This document shows positions 9,536 to 18,672 of a stretch of 64,000 nt of DNA, piece by piece. The stretch is from Thermoproteota archaeon (GTDB lineage: Archaea > Korarchaeota > Korarchaeia > Korarchaeales > Korarchaeaceae): assembly GCA_027492205.1 (NCBI GenBank), contig JAOZFN010000006.1, forward strand, positions 113,409-177,408. The letters run 5' to 3'. Below the pieces are notes generated by a model that did not search any database, was not told where the DNA came from, and saw only the letters and a list, made by a program, of their open reading frames with translations. The position numbers were made by a program, and so were the translations under genes. Position 1 is the stretch's first letter; each line of letters starts with the position of its first letter.

Positions 9536-11248
9536 ATGGTGGAACAGAGCGTCGCAGAGAGGGTTGTCAGGGTAGCAGAGAGAGAAATACCAATTGGGGG
9601 CCCCACCCCGTCCGTGAGGGAGGGTGAGAAGCTCCTAAGGAGGACGCTCTCGCTGTGCCCCGAGTGCTACAGGCTGCTCCCGGCCGTGGTCTTTGAGAGG
9701 GACGGTAAGGTCTTCATTCGCAGAGTCTGCCCCGAACACGGGGAGATTGAGGAGCTCTACTGGGGAGACGCTAGGTTCTACGAGAGGGCGTTCCGTTTCG
9801 AGGTTCCACCGATGAAGATTGAGCCGATCGTCCCCATGACTGCCCCGTGCCCGTTCAGCTGCGGCCTCTGCCCGGCCCACGGCGACATGACCGCCCTCGC
9901 GAACATAGTGCTGACCAACAGGTGCAACCTCGACTGCTGGTACTGCTTCTTCTACGCGGAGAGGGCTGGATTTGTCTACGAACCGTCTCTGGAGCAGATT
10001 AGGCAGATGGTGAGGGTTCTCAGGAGAGAGAGGCCCGTTCCAGGTCTGGCCGTCCAGCTAACTGGGGGCGAGCCCACGCTGAGGGAGGATCTGGTCGACA
10101 TCATCTTGATGATCAAGGAGGAGGGTGTAAGGCACATCCAGCTCAACACCCACGGCATAACGTTCCTACAGAAGCCTGAGCTGATGAGGCAGGTCAGGCA
10201 GGCCGGAGTCAACACGATGTACCTGAGCTTCGACGGGGTCAGCCCGAAGACCAACGTGAAGAACCACTGGGAGATCCCCTACATCCTCGACATAGCCAGG
10301 GAGTCGGGCATGACCAGCATAGTGCTCGTTCCCACCGTGATAAACGGGTTCAACACGCACGAGCTCGGAGACATCATTCGCTTCGCGGCCCTGAATATCG
10401 ACGTCATCAGGGGGGTGAACTTCCAGCCCATCTCCCTGACCGGCAGGGTGCCTAGGTCAGAGAGGGAGAGGCTGAGGATCACGATCCCCGACGTGATAAG
10501 GCTCATCGAGGAGCAGACCAACGGCCAGATCCCGATGGACGCCTGGTACCCCGTGCCATTCGTGACATTCTTCAGCGACCTGGTCGAGGCCCTGACCGGC
10601 AAGCCCCAGTTCAAGATGACCAATCACCCGGCGTGCGGGGCGGCGACGTACGTGTTCCCCGAGTTCGAGCGCGTCGACGGGGAGAGGCGCGTGAAGAGGT
10701 TCGTCCCGATAACCGACTTCATAGACGTAGAGGGATTCAGGGAGTACGTGCTGGAGAAGGTAGAGGAACTCAGGGCCGGCGCCAACAGGTGGGTGACGCT
10801 CCTCAAGATCGCCGCCAACCTCTCCAGGTTCATCGACAGAGAGAGGCAGCCCGAGGGAATCAACGTGCTGGCGCTCATGAGGCATGTCCTCCTCAGAAGG
10901 AACTACGATGCCCTGGCGGAGTTCCACTACAAGTCGCTGTTTCTCGGCATGATGCACTTCATGGACCTCTACAACTACGATGTGCAGAGGGTTATGAGGT
11001 GCAACATCCACTACCTCTTGCCCGACGGGAGGGTGATCCCGTTCTGCACGTTCAACGTCCTGCCGGACCTCTACAGGGACTACATCCAGAGACGGCACGG
11101 AGTCCCCTTGGAGGAGTACGCCAGGACCCACGGGGCCAGGATGATCGGGCCTGAGAGCAAGTACAGGAGGGACGTGAAGAAGCTCGAGGCCGGAGAGCCC
11201 TACAAGAGGACCTACGCGCCCTTCATGCACCTCTGGAAGAAGTCCTGA
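9536..11248 (+). CDS. tes: Tetraether lipid synthase / GDGT-macrocyclic archaeol synthase (radical SAM)
   Basis: N-terminal SLCPEC...CPEHG, CPFSCGLCPAH, TNRCNLDCWYC, TGGEPT and C-terminal RCNIHY...IPFC, matching the MJ0619/Tes architecture. Confidence 0.88.
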   Translation: MVEQSVAERVVRVAEREIPIGGPTPSVREGEKLLRRTLSLCPECYRLLPAVVFERDGKVFIRRVCPEHGEIEELYWGDARFYERAFRFEVPPMKIEPIVPMTAPCPFSCGLCPAHGDMTALANIVLTNRCNLDCWYCFFYAERAGFVYEPSLEQIRQMVRVLRRERPVPGLAVQLTGGEPTLREDLVDIILMIKEEGVRHIQLNTHGITFLQKPELMRQVRQAGVNTMYLSFDGVSPKTNVKNHWEIPYILDIARESGMTSIVLVPTVINGFNTHELGDIIRFAALNIDVIRGVNFQPISLTGRVPRSERERLRITIPDVIRLIEEQTNGQIPMDAWYPVPFVTFFSDLVEALTGKPQFKMTNHPACGAATYVFPEFERVDGERRVKRFVPITDFIDVEGFREYVLEKVEELRAGANRWVTLLKIAANLSRFIDRERQPEGINVLALMRHVLLRRNYDALAEFHYKSLFLGMMHFMDLYNYDVQRVMRCNIHYLLPDGRVIPFCTFNVLPDLYRDYIQRRHGVPLEEYARTHGARMIGPESKYRRDVKKLEAGEPYKRTYAPFMHLWKKS

Positions 11249-11304
11249 TTGCCCTCTGTCTCCCTCTTTCTCAATTTTTGTTCCCACCGTGGGAGAGGGT
11301 AGGG

Positions 11305-12441
11305 GTGAGCCGGGAGAGGCGCCACGTTGCCGTGGTGGGGGCCGGGCCGACGGGGATCACGGCGGCGAATCTCCTCGCCGAGAGGGGTCTCGATGTGGTC
11401 CTGATATCCCGAGAGCGAGAGCCCGGCAGACCCACGATCTGCGGCGAGTTCATTCCGGAGCCAGGGTGGGCGAGGTCCATCCTCCCCGAGCACCTGTGGT
11501 GGGTCGTCGACTACACGTATGAGCTCCTGGATCTTCCGAGGACCACTCTGACGAGGATCGACGTCCTGGAACTGAGGCTTGGATCGAGGAGGGTCGTCGA
11601 GCTGGAGTTCCCCTCCAGGGTCTTCGACAGGGCCAGATTCCTCCGCGCAGCCGCTCGCCGGGCCGAGAGGCTTGGCTCAGAGCTCAAGCTGGGAACCGCC
11701 GTGTCCGGGGTCGAGCTTCAGAGGGACGGCGTGAGGCTCTTCCTCAACGGGGGGAGGGGGGCCACCTCCCTGTACGTGGACTGGCTCGTGGCCGCGGACG
11801 GGGTCCCCTCCACCGCCGCCAGATCCGCGGGCCTGGGTCCGTATCGAGAGGTGGCCCTGGCGGTCAACCAGAGGAGGTCTCGGGTGAGGTACCCCGAGGA
11901 CCGCCTGCTCATGTGGGTCGACTCCAGGGTGGCGCCCGGCGGGTACGCCTGGATAATCCCGAGGGGGAGGGGGACCGCAAATGTGGGGTTGGGTTACCCT
12001 CTCCCCTCCCCCCGCTCGGCGGCCGAGTACTTCTCGAACCTTGTCGCCAGGCTCCCTCAGCTATCCGACTCTTCGCCCGAGGATGAGCTCAGGGGCAGAA
12101 TTCTCCCCGTGGCTGGCCTCAGGGACCGCCTTCACGTCGGTCGGCTTCTCCTCGCCGGTGACGCCGCGGGGACGTGCATACCCTCCAACGGGGGCGGAAT
12201 AAACACAGGGATGATATCGGGCGCGCTGGCCGGGAGCTCTATTGCCGACGGCGGAGGCGGAGCGGCCTACGAGTCAGCGATGAGGGCCCACATAGCGCCG
12301 ATCCTGGGCAGGGCGCTGAGGTTCAGGAGGATCGCCACCCTCCTGATGAAATACGCGCCGGTCTGGGACCTGGTGTCGGCGATCCTTCCCAAAGGGCTGG
12401 TCAGGTCGGCGGTTACTCTCTCCGACTGGCCAGGGGCCTGA
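11305..12441 (+). CDS. Geranylgeranyl reductase family flavoprotein
   Basis: VVGAGPTG, ICG, AADG, PGGYAWIIP, ANVGLG and GDAAG...GGGI motifs. Confidence 0.85.
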   Translation: MSRERRHVAVVGAGPTGITAANLLAERGLDVVLISREREPGRPTICGEFIPEPGWARSILPEHLWWVVDYTYELLDLPRTTLTRIDVLELRLGSRRVVELEFPSRVFDRARFLRAAARRAERLGSELKLGTAVSGVELQRDGVRLFLNGGRGATSLYVDWLVAADGVPSTAARSAGLGPYREVALAVNQRRSRVRYPEDRLLMWVDSRVAPGGYAWIIPRGRGTANVGLGYPLPSPRSAAEYFSNLVARLPQLSDSSPEDELRGRILPVAGLRDRLHVGRLLLAGDAAGTCIPSNGGGINTGMISGALAGSSIADGGGGAAYESAMRAHIAPILGRALRFRRIATLLMKYAPVWDLVSAILPKGLVRSAVTLSDWPGA

Positions 12442-13660
12442 TATCTCTGAGCTTAATCCTCGCTCTCTTGGGCGGACTCCCCCAGACGACGAGCACCTCA
12501 TCGCTCTCGAGCTTCCTCAGCTCTCGAAGGCTGTCCCTGTCGAAGAGTCTGAGTCCCCCCAAAACTTGAGACTGCCAGGAGACCCTCATCCCTGGGCAGA
12601 GAACCAGCACGGGGAAGGCGTCCCAAATCCTCGCATCGGCGCTCGAGTCCACGGCGAGGATGAGGCCCCTCTCAGACATCTTGGAGATCAGGTCAATCAG
12701 CTCGGCCCTGAGTCTCCTGTCGGCGTCCCGAGACACAGACGCTGACAGCGCGGTAGCTACGAGGAAGGATGGGTAGTCTGTGGAGAGCCCCTGCATTGCC
12801 ACTAAGATGGCAGCCGACTCTCTGACCGTGGCGGGCTCAAGGGCTGAAAGGTCGACCACCAGCGCCCCGAACCTCGGCATCGCGTCTATTACCGAGACCC
12901 TCACCCCGCCGGAGAAGCTCCTTGCCAGCGTCCTAAGGTCAGGCGGAGAGGTGAGGTCCCTCGCCAGCGAGTCGAGTGACCTGTTCCTCAGCGCGGCCTC
13001 GACCGCCGCGGCGTTACCTCCGCAGGCCGCCGACAGTATGCTCGCGGCCTTGAGGTAGTGCTCTGGCCTGGCAGTGGGGCTGACCAGGTCCATATCCTCG
13101 GGGCCGACCTCTACATACGGAGAACCCAGCTCGTCGAGTTCCTCCTCTGCAACGCCGACCGTGTCCACCACCACAACCCTGAGGGGGGAGGCCGCGGCGG
13201 CCGCCGCCATCCTGAAGGCGACTCTGGCCGAGGACCTCAGGTCCGGACCGACGACGAGCAGGGACTCAAATGCCCGCGGGAGAGCGGGGATGCCACACCC
13301 CACCGACGCCTCCGCGACCCCTCCCCCCGAAGAACCTCGCTTCGCTCTTAAGAGGGGGGTTACGCCCTCAGTCCAGGGTTTGTACCCGGCGACGGCGGCC
13401 AGGGCGGCCCCCAGAAGCGGCGAGACCGTGTAGGCGATCGCCCCTCCGCCTATCAGCCCCAAGATGTCTGCCTGCCCGAGGCCCCTCCCCCTCCCTCCCC
13501 GAGTTGTCCAGGCCGAGGCTGTCCAAGCGAGGAGAACGGCCAGCGCCGGTGAGATCGCCAGACTGATGGGAGAATAGTGGACTTCGACGCTGAGCACGAA
13601 GAGGGCCGCGGCCAGGATAATGACTGCCTTGACGACCCGTCCTACAGCCAACACCGGCAC
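12413..13660 (-). CDS. Hypothetical membrane protein with a degenerate P-loop/HerA-like C-terminal domain
   Basis: About four N-terminal hydrophobic segments, then SLLVVGP, VVVVD and LVVDLS strands; start uncertain. Confidence 0.5.
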   Translation of the reverse strand: MPVLAVGRVVKAVIILAAALFVLSVEVHYSPISLAISPALAVLLAWTASAWTTRGGRGRGLGQADILGLIGGGAIAYTVSPLLGAALAAVAGYKPWTEGVTPLLRAKRGSSGGGVAEASVGCGIPALPRAFESLLVVGPDLRSSARVAFRMAAAAAASPLRVVVVDTVGVAEEELDELGSPYVEVGPEDMDLVSPTARPEHYLKAASILSAACGGNAAAVEAALRNRSLDSLARDLTSPPDLRTLARSFSGGVRVSVIDAMPRFGALVVDLSALEPATVRESAAILVAMQGLSTDYPSFLVATALSASVSRDADRRLRAELIDLISKMSERGLILAVDSSADARIWDAFPVLVLCPGMRVSWQSQVLGGLRLFDRDSLRELRKLESDEVLVVWGSPPKRARIKLRDIRPLASRRE

Positions 13661-13787
13661 CCGCTCTGCCGCAGGCCGGGGGGCACAGTTTTCAAAGCTT
13701 CCCAGCCATCCTGCCGGGACCGATGACTTAATAAGCCCCCTGTAAAACGGGCGTAATATATCGTAAAACCCCGTGAAGGTGAAGCGC

Positions 13788-14222
13788 ATGATAGCTCAGC
13801 CCTGCGAACTCGTTGTAAAGACGCTGATCCCAGCGATAAGGGCGATGGTGGCGAGAGAGCTGGTTATGAACTCGGGGAAGAAGCAAGTTGAGGCGGCCGA
13901 ACTCCTCGGAGTCACTCAGGCGGCCATTAGCCAGTACCTGAGGGGGACCAGGGGAGGAAAGCTGAGGCTGGACAAGTACCCAGAGGTGATCTCCATCGTG
14001 AAGAGGTTGGCCCGAGGATTGGCCGAGGGCAAGCTCGGGAAGGACGAGGCGGCGATCCTGGTCTGCGAGGCCTGCTACACGGCCCGTAAGCTCGGAGTCT
14101 TCTGCGACTCGGATGTCGGGTCCAGGGAAAAATACGCGGAGACGGCGCAGCTCATCTGCAAGTACGACGCCATGAGGCCTGAGCTACTCAAGAAGGTCTC
14201 TCCCAAAGGCTCTCTTGACTAG
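13788..14222 (+). CDS. HTH transcriptional regulator (COG2522-like)
   Basis: PCE...PAIRAMVAREL...Q.EAAELLGVTQAAISQYLRGTRG; C-terminal CxxC. Confidence 0.85.
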   Translation: MIAQPCELVVKTLIPAIRAMVARELVMNSGKKQVEAAELLGVTQAAISQYLRGTRGGKLRLDKYPEVISIVKRLARGLAEGKLGKDEAAILVCEACYTARKLGVFCDSDVGSREKYAETAQLICKYDAMRPELLKKVSPKGSLD

Positions 14223-14361
14223 CCCTAAACCAAAGTTACAATCCAAGAGGAAGGCCAACGGTCTCGCTCCGCCTGCCCTCAAGGGGCCAGAGAGATTGCT
14301 CAGACTCCAAAGGGGATAATATTTTTACGATTCATTGAGGGGGGGCTTCGGGTGTCGGCTC

Positions 14362-15708
14362 TTGGAGGAGGTTCCCAAGATACTTGTCGAGCCGCCCGGC
14401 CCCAAGGCCCGCAAACTCCTCGAACGGGATCAAAGGGTCATCTCGCCGTCCTACGTGAGGTTTTATCCCTTGGTGGTCGATCACGCTAAGGGTGCCCTCG
14501 TCTATGACGTTGACGGCAACGTGTACATAGACCTCAACTCGGGCCTGGCCGTCATGAACGTTGGCCACGGGCACCCCGAGGTCCTCAAGGCCATAAAGGA
14601 GCAGGCGGATCTCCTACTTCACTACTCGAACACGGACTTCTACTACGAGCCCTCCGTCAGGCTAGCCGAGAAGCTCGTCGAGATCACGCCGGGAGACTTC
14701 AGGAAGAGGGTCTACTTCGGGAACAGCGGGACAGAGGCAGTCGAGGCTGCGCTCAAGATGGCCCGCTGGCACACCAGGCGGCAGTACTTCATCGGCTTCA
14801 TAGGGGCCTTTCACGGCAGGACCCTCGGCTCGTTGAGCCTGACGTCAAGCAAGCCCGTCCAGAGGGGGCGGTTCTCCCCGCTCATACCGAGCGTCGTCCA
14901 CGTACCCTACCCCTACTGCTACAGATGTCCGTTCAGGCAACAGTTCCCGGACTGCGGGCTCTACTGCGTGGACTTCATCGAGGAGTGGGTGCTGAACAAG
15001 TATGTCCCTCCGGACGAGGTCGCGGCCTTCGTGATCGAGCCAATCCAGGGGGAGGGTGGCTACGTCCCGCCGCCCCGGGGGTACTTCGAGCGGCTCAGGA
15101 AGCTAGCAGACAGGCACGGGATCCTGCTGATAGTGGACGAGGTCCAGTCCGGCATGGGGCGGTCCGGCAAGTGGTGGGCCATCGAGCACTGGGGGGTGGT
15201 GCCCGACGCCATCACCTCGGCCAAGGCCCTCGGTGGAGGGCTGCCGCTCGGGGCACTGATAGCGAAGGAGGAGCTTATGGACTGGGTCGGAGGGTCCCAC
15301 GCCAGCACGTTCGGCGGCAACCCCGTCTCGTGCGCCGCCAGCCTCGCGACGATCTCCGTCATCGAGAGGGAGAACCTGGTTGAGAGGGCAGCGAAGCTCG
15401 GAGAGGAGGTGAAGAAGCGGCTGGTGGACGCCATGAGCGAACACCCGCTGGTAGGAGACGTCAGGGGGAAGGGCTTCATGATAGGCGTCGAGCTCGTCAA
15501 GGACAGGGAGACCAAGGAGCCAGCGAAGAAGGAGGCGGCGGAGGTCATGATGCGGGCCTGGAAGAGCGGCGTAGCCGTGATCACGGCCGGCGTCAGCACA
15601 ATCAGGATAGCCCCGCCCCTCAACATACCGGAGGAGTACCTCTGGAAGGCCATCGACATAATCCTGGACAAGATGGGAGAGGTGGAGAGAGAGAAGGGGA
15701 TGTCCTGA
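14362..15708 (+). CDS. Class III PLP aminotransferase (acetylornithine/4-aminobutyrate type)
   Basis: PPGPKA, NSGTEA, FHGRT, EPIQGEGG, DEVQSGMGRSG, AKALGGG and STFGGNP motifs. Confidence 0.92.
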   Translation: MEEVPKILVEPPGPKARKLLERDQRVISPSYVRFYPLVVDHAKGALVYDVDGNVYIDLNSGLAVMNVGHGHPEVLKAIKEQADLLLHYSNTDFYYEPSVRLAEKLVEITPGDFRKRVYFGNSGTEAVEAALKMARWHTRRQYFIGFIGAFHGRTLGSLSLTSSKPVQRGRFSPLIPSVVHVPYPYCYRCPFRQQFPDCGLYCVDFIEEWVLNKYVPPDEVAAFVIEPIQGEGGYVPPPRGYFERLRKLADRHGILLIVDEVQSGMGRSGKWWAIEHWGVVPDAITSAKALGGGLPLGALIAKEELMDWVGGSHASTFGGNPVSCAASLATISVIERENLVERAAKLGEEVKKRLVDAMSEHPLVGDVRGKGFMIGVELVKDRETKEPAKKEAAEVMMRAWKSGVAVITAGVSTIRIAPPLNIPEEYLWKAIDIILDKMGEVEREKGMS

Positions 15709-15775
15709 GGGAACTTACTACCATAAGGCGGGCGTCGAGCGCCCGTCTTTTTTACCCTCGGTTTCGATACTGCAG

Positions 15776-16036
15776 GTGTCTCGGTTGGGAGGGTGGCCCA
15801 GGCGACTCGCCGCGATGGCGCTCGTGGCGGCGTTGGCGAGCACCACGGTAGCTCTAGCGATCCCATATCAAGTCGTAGTCGTTTATCTACCTTATGAGAG
15901 GGTTTCCGAGGAGCACGTTGTCCATTGGACCGGGATAGGAGCACCTCAGCCGGCGCCCGACCCCCCCGCGGCTATATGCGTGCCGCCTCATCCGCCGCTC
16001 AGGGGCCTGCTGACCTCCCTCCCCGCGCCGATCTGA
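15776..16036 (+). CDS. Small hypothetical protein with signal-peptide-like N-terminus
   Basis: Basic-then-hydrophobic N-terminus ending ALA; T-rich tract downstream. Confidence 0.3.
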   Translation: MSRLGGWPRRLAAMALVAALASTTVALAIPYQVVVVYLPYERVSEEHVVHWTGIGAPQPAPDPPAAICVPPHPPLRGLLTSLPAPI

Positions 16037-16139
16037 CGCCGCCCCTCTCTACTGAATTTTTTATTTTATCTGAGAGAGACGGTGACCTACAAGGAGGCCT
16101 CGCCTCCTTAGCGGTACAAATTGGAGGGAGGGACGAGTC

Positions 16140-16367
16140 ATGGAGGCAAAGCTGGTTTCAGACGATGTAGCAGCCAAGCTGAGGGAGAGGGGATACGTCA
16201 TCAAGAGGTACCCGACCAAGACCGTGGCCGAGTCCAGCTCGGGGTGCCTGGTGGTCTTCAAGCACGGCGGCTGGGTGTCCATATCCTACCAGGGCCGGGC
16301 GGTCAGCGCCCACCTGTCTCTCGATAAGGGCAAGCTTGAGGAGGAGGTTCGGGAGGCCTCCTCCTGA
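16140..16367 (+). CDS. Small hypothetical protein
   Basis: ATG preceded by GGAGGGA; host-like codon usage. Confidence 0.55.
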   Translation: MEAKLVSDDVAAKLRERGYVIKRYPTKTVAESSSGCLVVFKHGGWVSISYQGRAVSAHLSLDKGKLEEEVREASS

Positions 16368-16488
16368 ACTCACACTTTTCTTGCGGGGGTTCGACCCACC
16401 GGGCACGGGACGGTGCCGATTTTCGGCGACCTTACACGACCGCATAATATAAAAGCGGGGATCTTATGCTTTACGTGGGGGTGATTGG

Positions 16489-17568
16489 ATGGGCAAGGTC
16501 AGGGTGGCCTTGGCGGGCGTCGGGAACGTTGCCTCCGCGATCGTGCAGGGTGTCTATTTCTACAGGGATGCCCCGGATGACAGCTTCGTTCCGGGGCTGA
16601 TGCACGTCAAGTTCGGCCCTTACCACGTGTCTGACATCGAGTTCGTGGCGGCCTTTGACGTGGACGAGAGGAAGCTGGGTAAGGACCTGTCTGAGGCGAT
16701 ATTCTCACCTCCTAACTGCGTGCCCAAGTTCGCGGACGTTCCCAAGCTGGGGGTCGAGGTCCTCAAGGGGCCCGTGCTGGATGGGGTGGCCCCGCACATG
16801 AGGGACTTCAAGTACGGCGAGGGCTTCAAGGTGGACGACTCCAGGCCCAGCGTCAACGTCGCCGATGTCCTGAAGGAGGTCGGCGCCGATGTGCTCGTGA
16901 ACCTGGTTCCCGTCGGCTCCTACGAGGCCAGCAGGGCATACGCCAGGGCGGCGCTGGAGTCGGGCACCGGATTCGTCAATGGGATACCCGAGTTCATCGT
17001 CAGCGACTCAGAGTGGGGCAAGAAGTTCGAGGAGGCTGGCGTGCCCGCCGCGGGCGACGACTTCAAGAGCCAGCTCGGCGCGACCATTCTCCACAGGGCC
17101 ATCGTCGACTTGGCCGTGGCCAGGGGCCTCAAGATTATCGAGACCTACCAGCTGAACATAGGAGGCAACACAGACTTCCTCAACATGATCGAGGAGGACA
17201 GGCTCACCACCAAGAGGATCAGCAAGACGGAGGCGGTCACCAGCCTCGTCCCGTATGAGGTCAAGGCAAGGATCGGCCCCAGCGACTTCGTTCCATTCCT
17301 CGGCGACAGGAAGGTCATGTACGTCTGGCTCAAGGCCGAGCAGTTCGGCGGGTTCCCGATCTACATCGACGTCAAGCTGAGCGTCATGGACTCGCCGAAC
17401 GCCGCAGGCGTGGCGATCGACGCGATCAGGGCCGTGAAGATAGCGAAGGACAGGGGAATCGCCGGGCCTCTGGTCGGGGTCAGCGCATACTTCTTCAAGC
17501 ACCCGCCCAAACAGTACCCCGACCCGGTGGCCAGGCAGATGGTCGAGGACTTCATTAGGGGAGGCTGA
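16489..17568 (+). CDS. ino1: myo-inositol-1-phosphate synthase
   Basis: GVGNVAS, GDDFKSQLGAT, YQLNIGGNTDF and DSPNAAG motifs. Confidence 0.95.
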   Translation: MGKVRVALAGVGNVASAIVQGVYFYRDAPDDSFVPGLMHVKFGPYHVSDIEFVAAFDVDERKLGKDLSEAIFSPPNCVPKFADVPKLGVEVLKGPVLDGVAPHMRDFKYGEGFKVDDSRPSVNVADVLKEVGADVLVNLVPVGSYEASRAYARAALESGTGFVNGIPEFIVSDSEWGKKFEEAGVPAAGDDFKSQLGATILHRAIVDLAVARGLKIIETYQLNIGGNTDFLNMIEEDRLTTKRISKTEAVTSLVPYEVKARIGPSDFVPFLGDRKVMYVWLKAEQFGGFPIYIDVKLSVMDSPNAAGVAIDAIRAVKIAKDRGIAGPLVGVSAYFFKHPPKQYPDPVARQMVEDFIRGG

Positions 17569-17667
17569 CCCCTCAACCCCCTTTTTGGAACAGTCTTTTC
17601 CAATTCTGAGCCTGCCCCGGGCCGACCGGGGTGTTAATATATTCGGGCGACCGCTGACCAACCAACA

Positions 17668-18672
17668 ATGCCCATCAGGGCCAGGGCATCAGCTCCCTCT
17701 CAGGCATTCCTGCTTGGAGAGCACGCCGTCCTATACAGGCAGCCGGCTCTGGCAGCCTCCATAGACGTGAGGTCTCACGTCACGGTGGAGGTGACTTCCA
17801 AGCCGGGAGTGGTGGAGATAGAGTCTACAGCCTTCGAGTCCGGTCTCCTGGCCAGGCTGTCTGGGGGGTACTCGCTGGTCGATGTGAGGGGGCACCCGGC
17901 GCTCGAGCCCCTGGCCAGGGGAATTGCCGGATTCCTTGGGAGATGGATGGGGCGCGACGTCGGTCTCAAGGTGGAGATCGACTCGGACGTACCGGTCAAC
18001 AGCGGGATGGCGAGTTCCGCGAGCGTCTCGGCCGCGCTGGTGGCCGCCGCCTCTAGGGCCCTCGGACTGGACCTCTCCCGTGAGGAGATCTTGGAGGAGA
18101 CCTACTCTTTCGAGACCATTATACACGGGAAGGCCAGCAAGACGGGCCCAGCCTGCGCGGTCCTCGGAGGCATAATATGGATAGAGTGGTCGGACGGAGG
18201 TATGTCCGCCGAACCCCTTGGCGAGGCGCCGAGTCTGAGCTTCGTCATGGGGATTACCGGGAGGCCCAGCAGGACCAAGGAGATGATTGAGAGGGTTGCC
18301 AAGCTGGCAGAGGAGGTGCCCGCTCCCCACGCCAAGATAGTCTCCGCGATCGGAGATCTCGTCCGCTCCGGAAAGGAGGCGCTGATTTCCGGCGACGCGG
18401 CCGCCTTGGGGCGCCTCATGAACGTGAACCACGGCCTCCTCGCCGCCCTCGGCGTCTCCTCACCCGAGCTAGACCGCATAGTCTGGGCTGCCAGATCCGC
18501 CGGCGCGCTTGGCAGCAAGCTCTCGGGCGCCGGCGGTGGAGGCTGCGCCGTCTCGCTCAGCGAGAAGGGTGCGGCCGAGAGGATAGCCTCGGCCATAGAG
18601 GAGTGCGGCTTCAGGTCTCTCCCCGCCCCCCTGGCCGAGGAGGGCGTTCGAATCGAGGAGGTGGTATCGTGA
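17668..18672 (+). CDS. mvk: Mevalonate kinase (GHMP family)
   Basis: LLGEHAVLY, PVNSGMASSAS, HGKAS and KLSGAGGGG motifs. Confidence 0.88.
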   Translation: MPIRARASAPSQAFLLGEHAVLYRQPALAASIDVRSHVTVEVTSKPGVVEIESTAFESGLLARLSGGYSLVDVRGHPALEPLARGIAGFLGRWMGRDVGLKVEIDSDVPVNSGMASSASVSAALVAAASRALGLDLSREEILEETYSFETIIHGKASKTGPACAVLGGIIWIEWSDGGMSAEPLGEAPSLSFVMGITGRPSRTKEMIERVAKLAEEVPAPHAKIVSAIGDLVRSGKEALISGDAAALGRLMNVNHGLLAALGVSSPELDRIVWAARSAGALGSKLSGAGGGGCAVSLSEKGAAERIASAIEECGFRSLPAPLAEEGVRIEEVVS

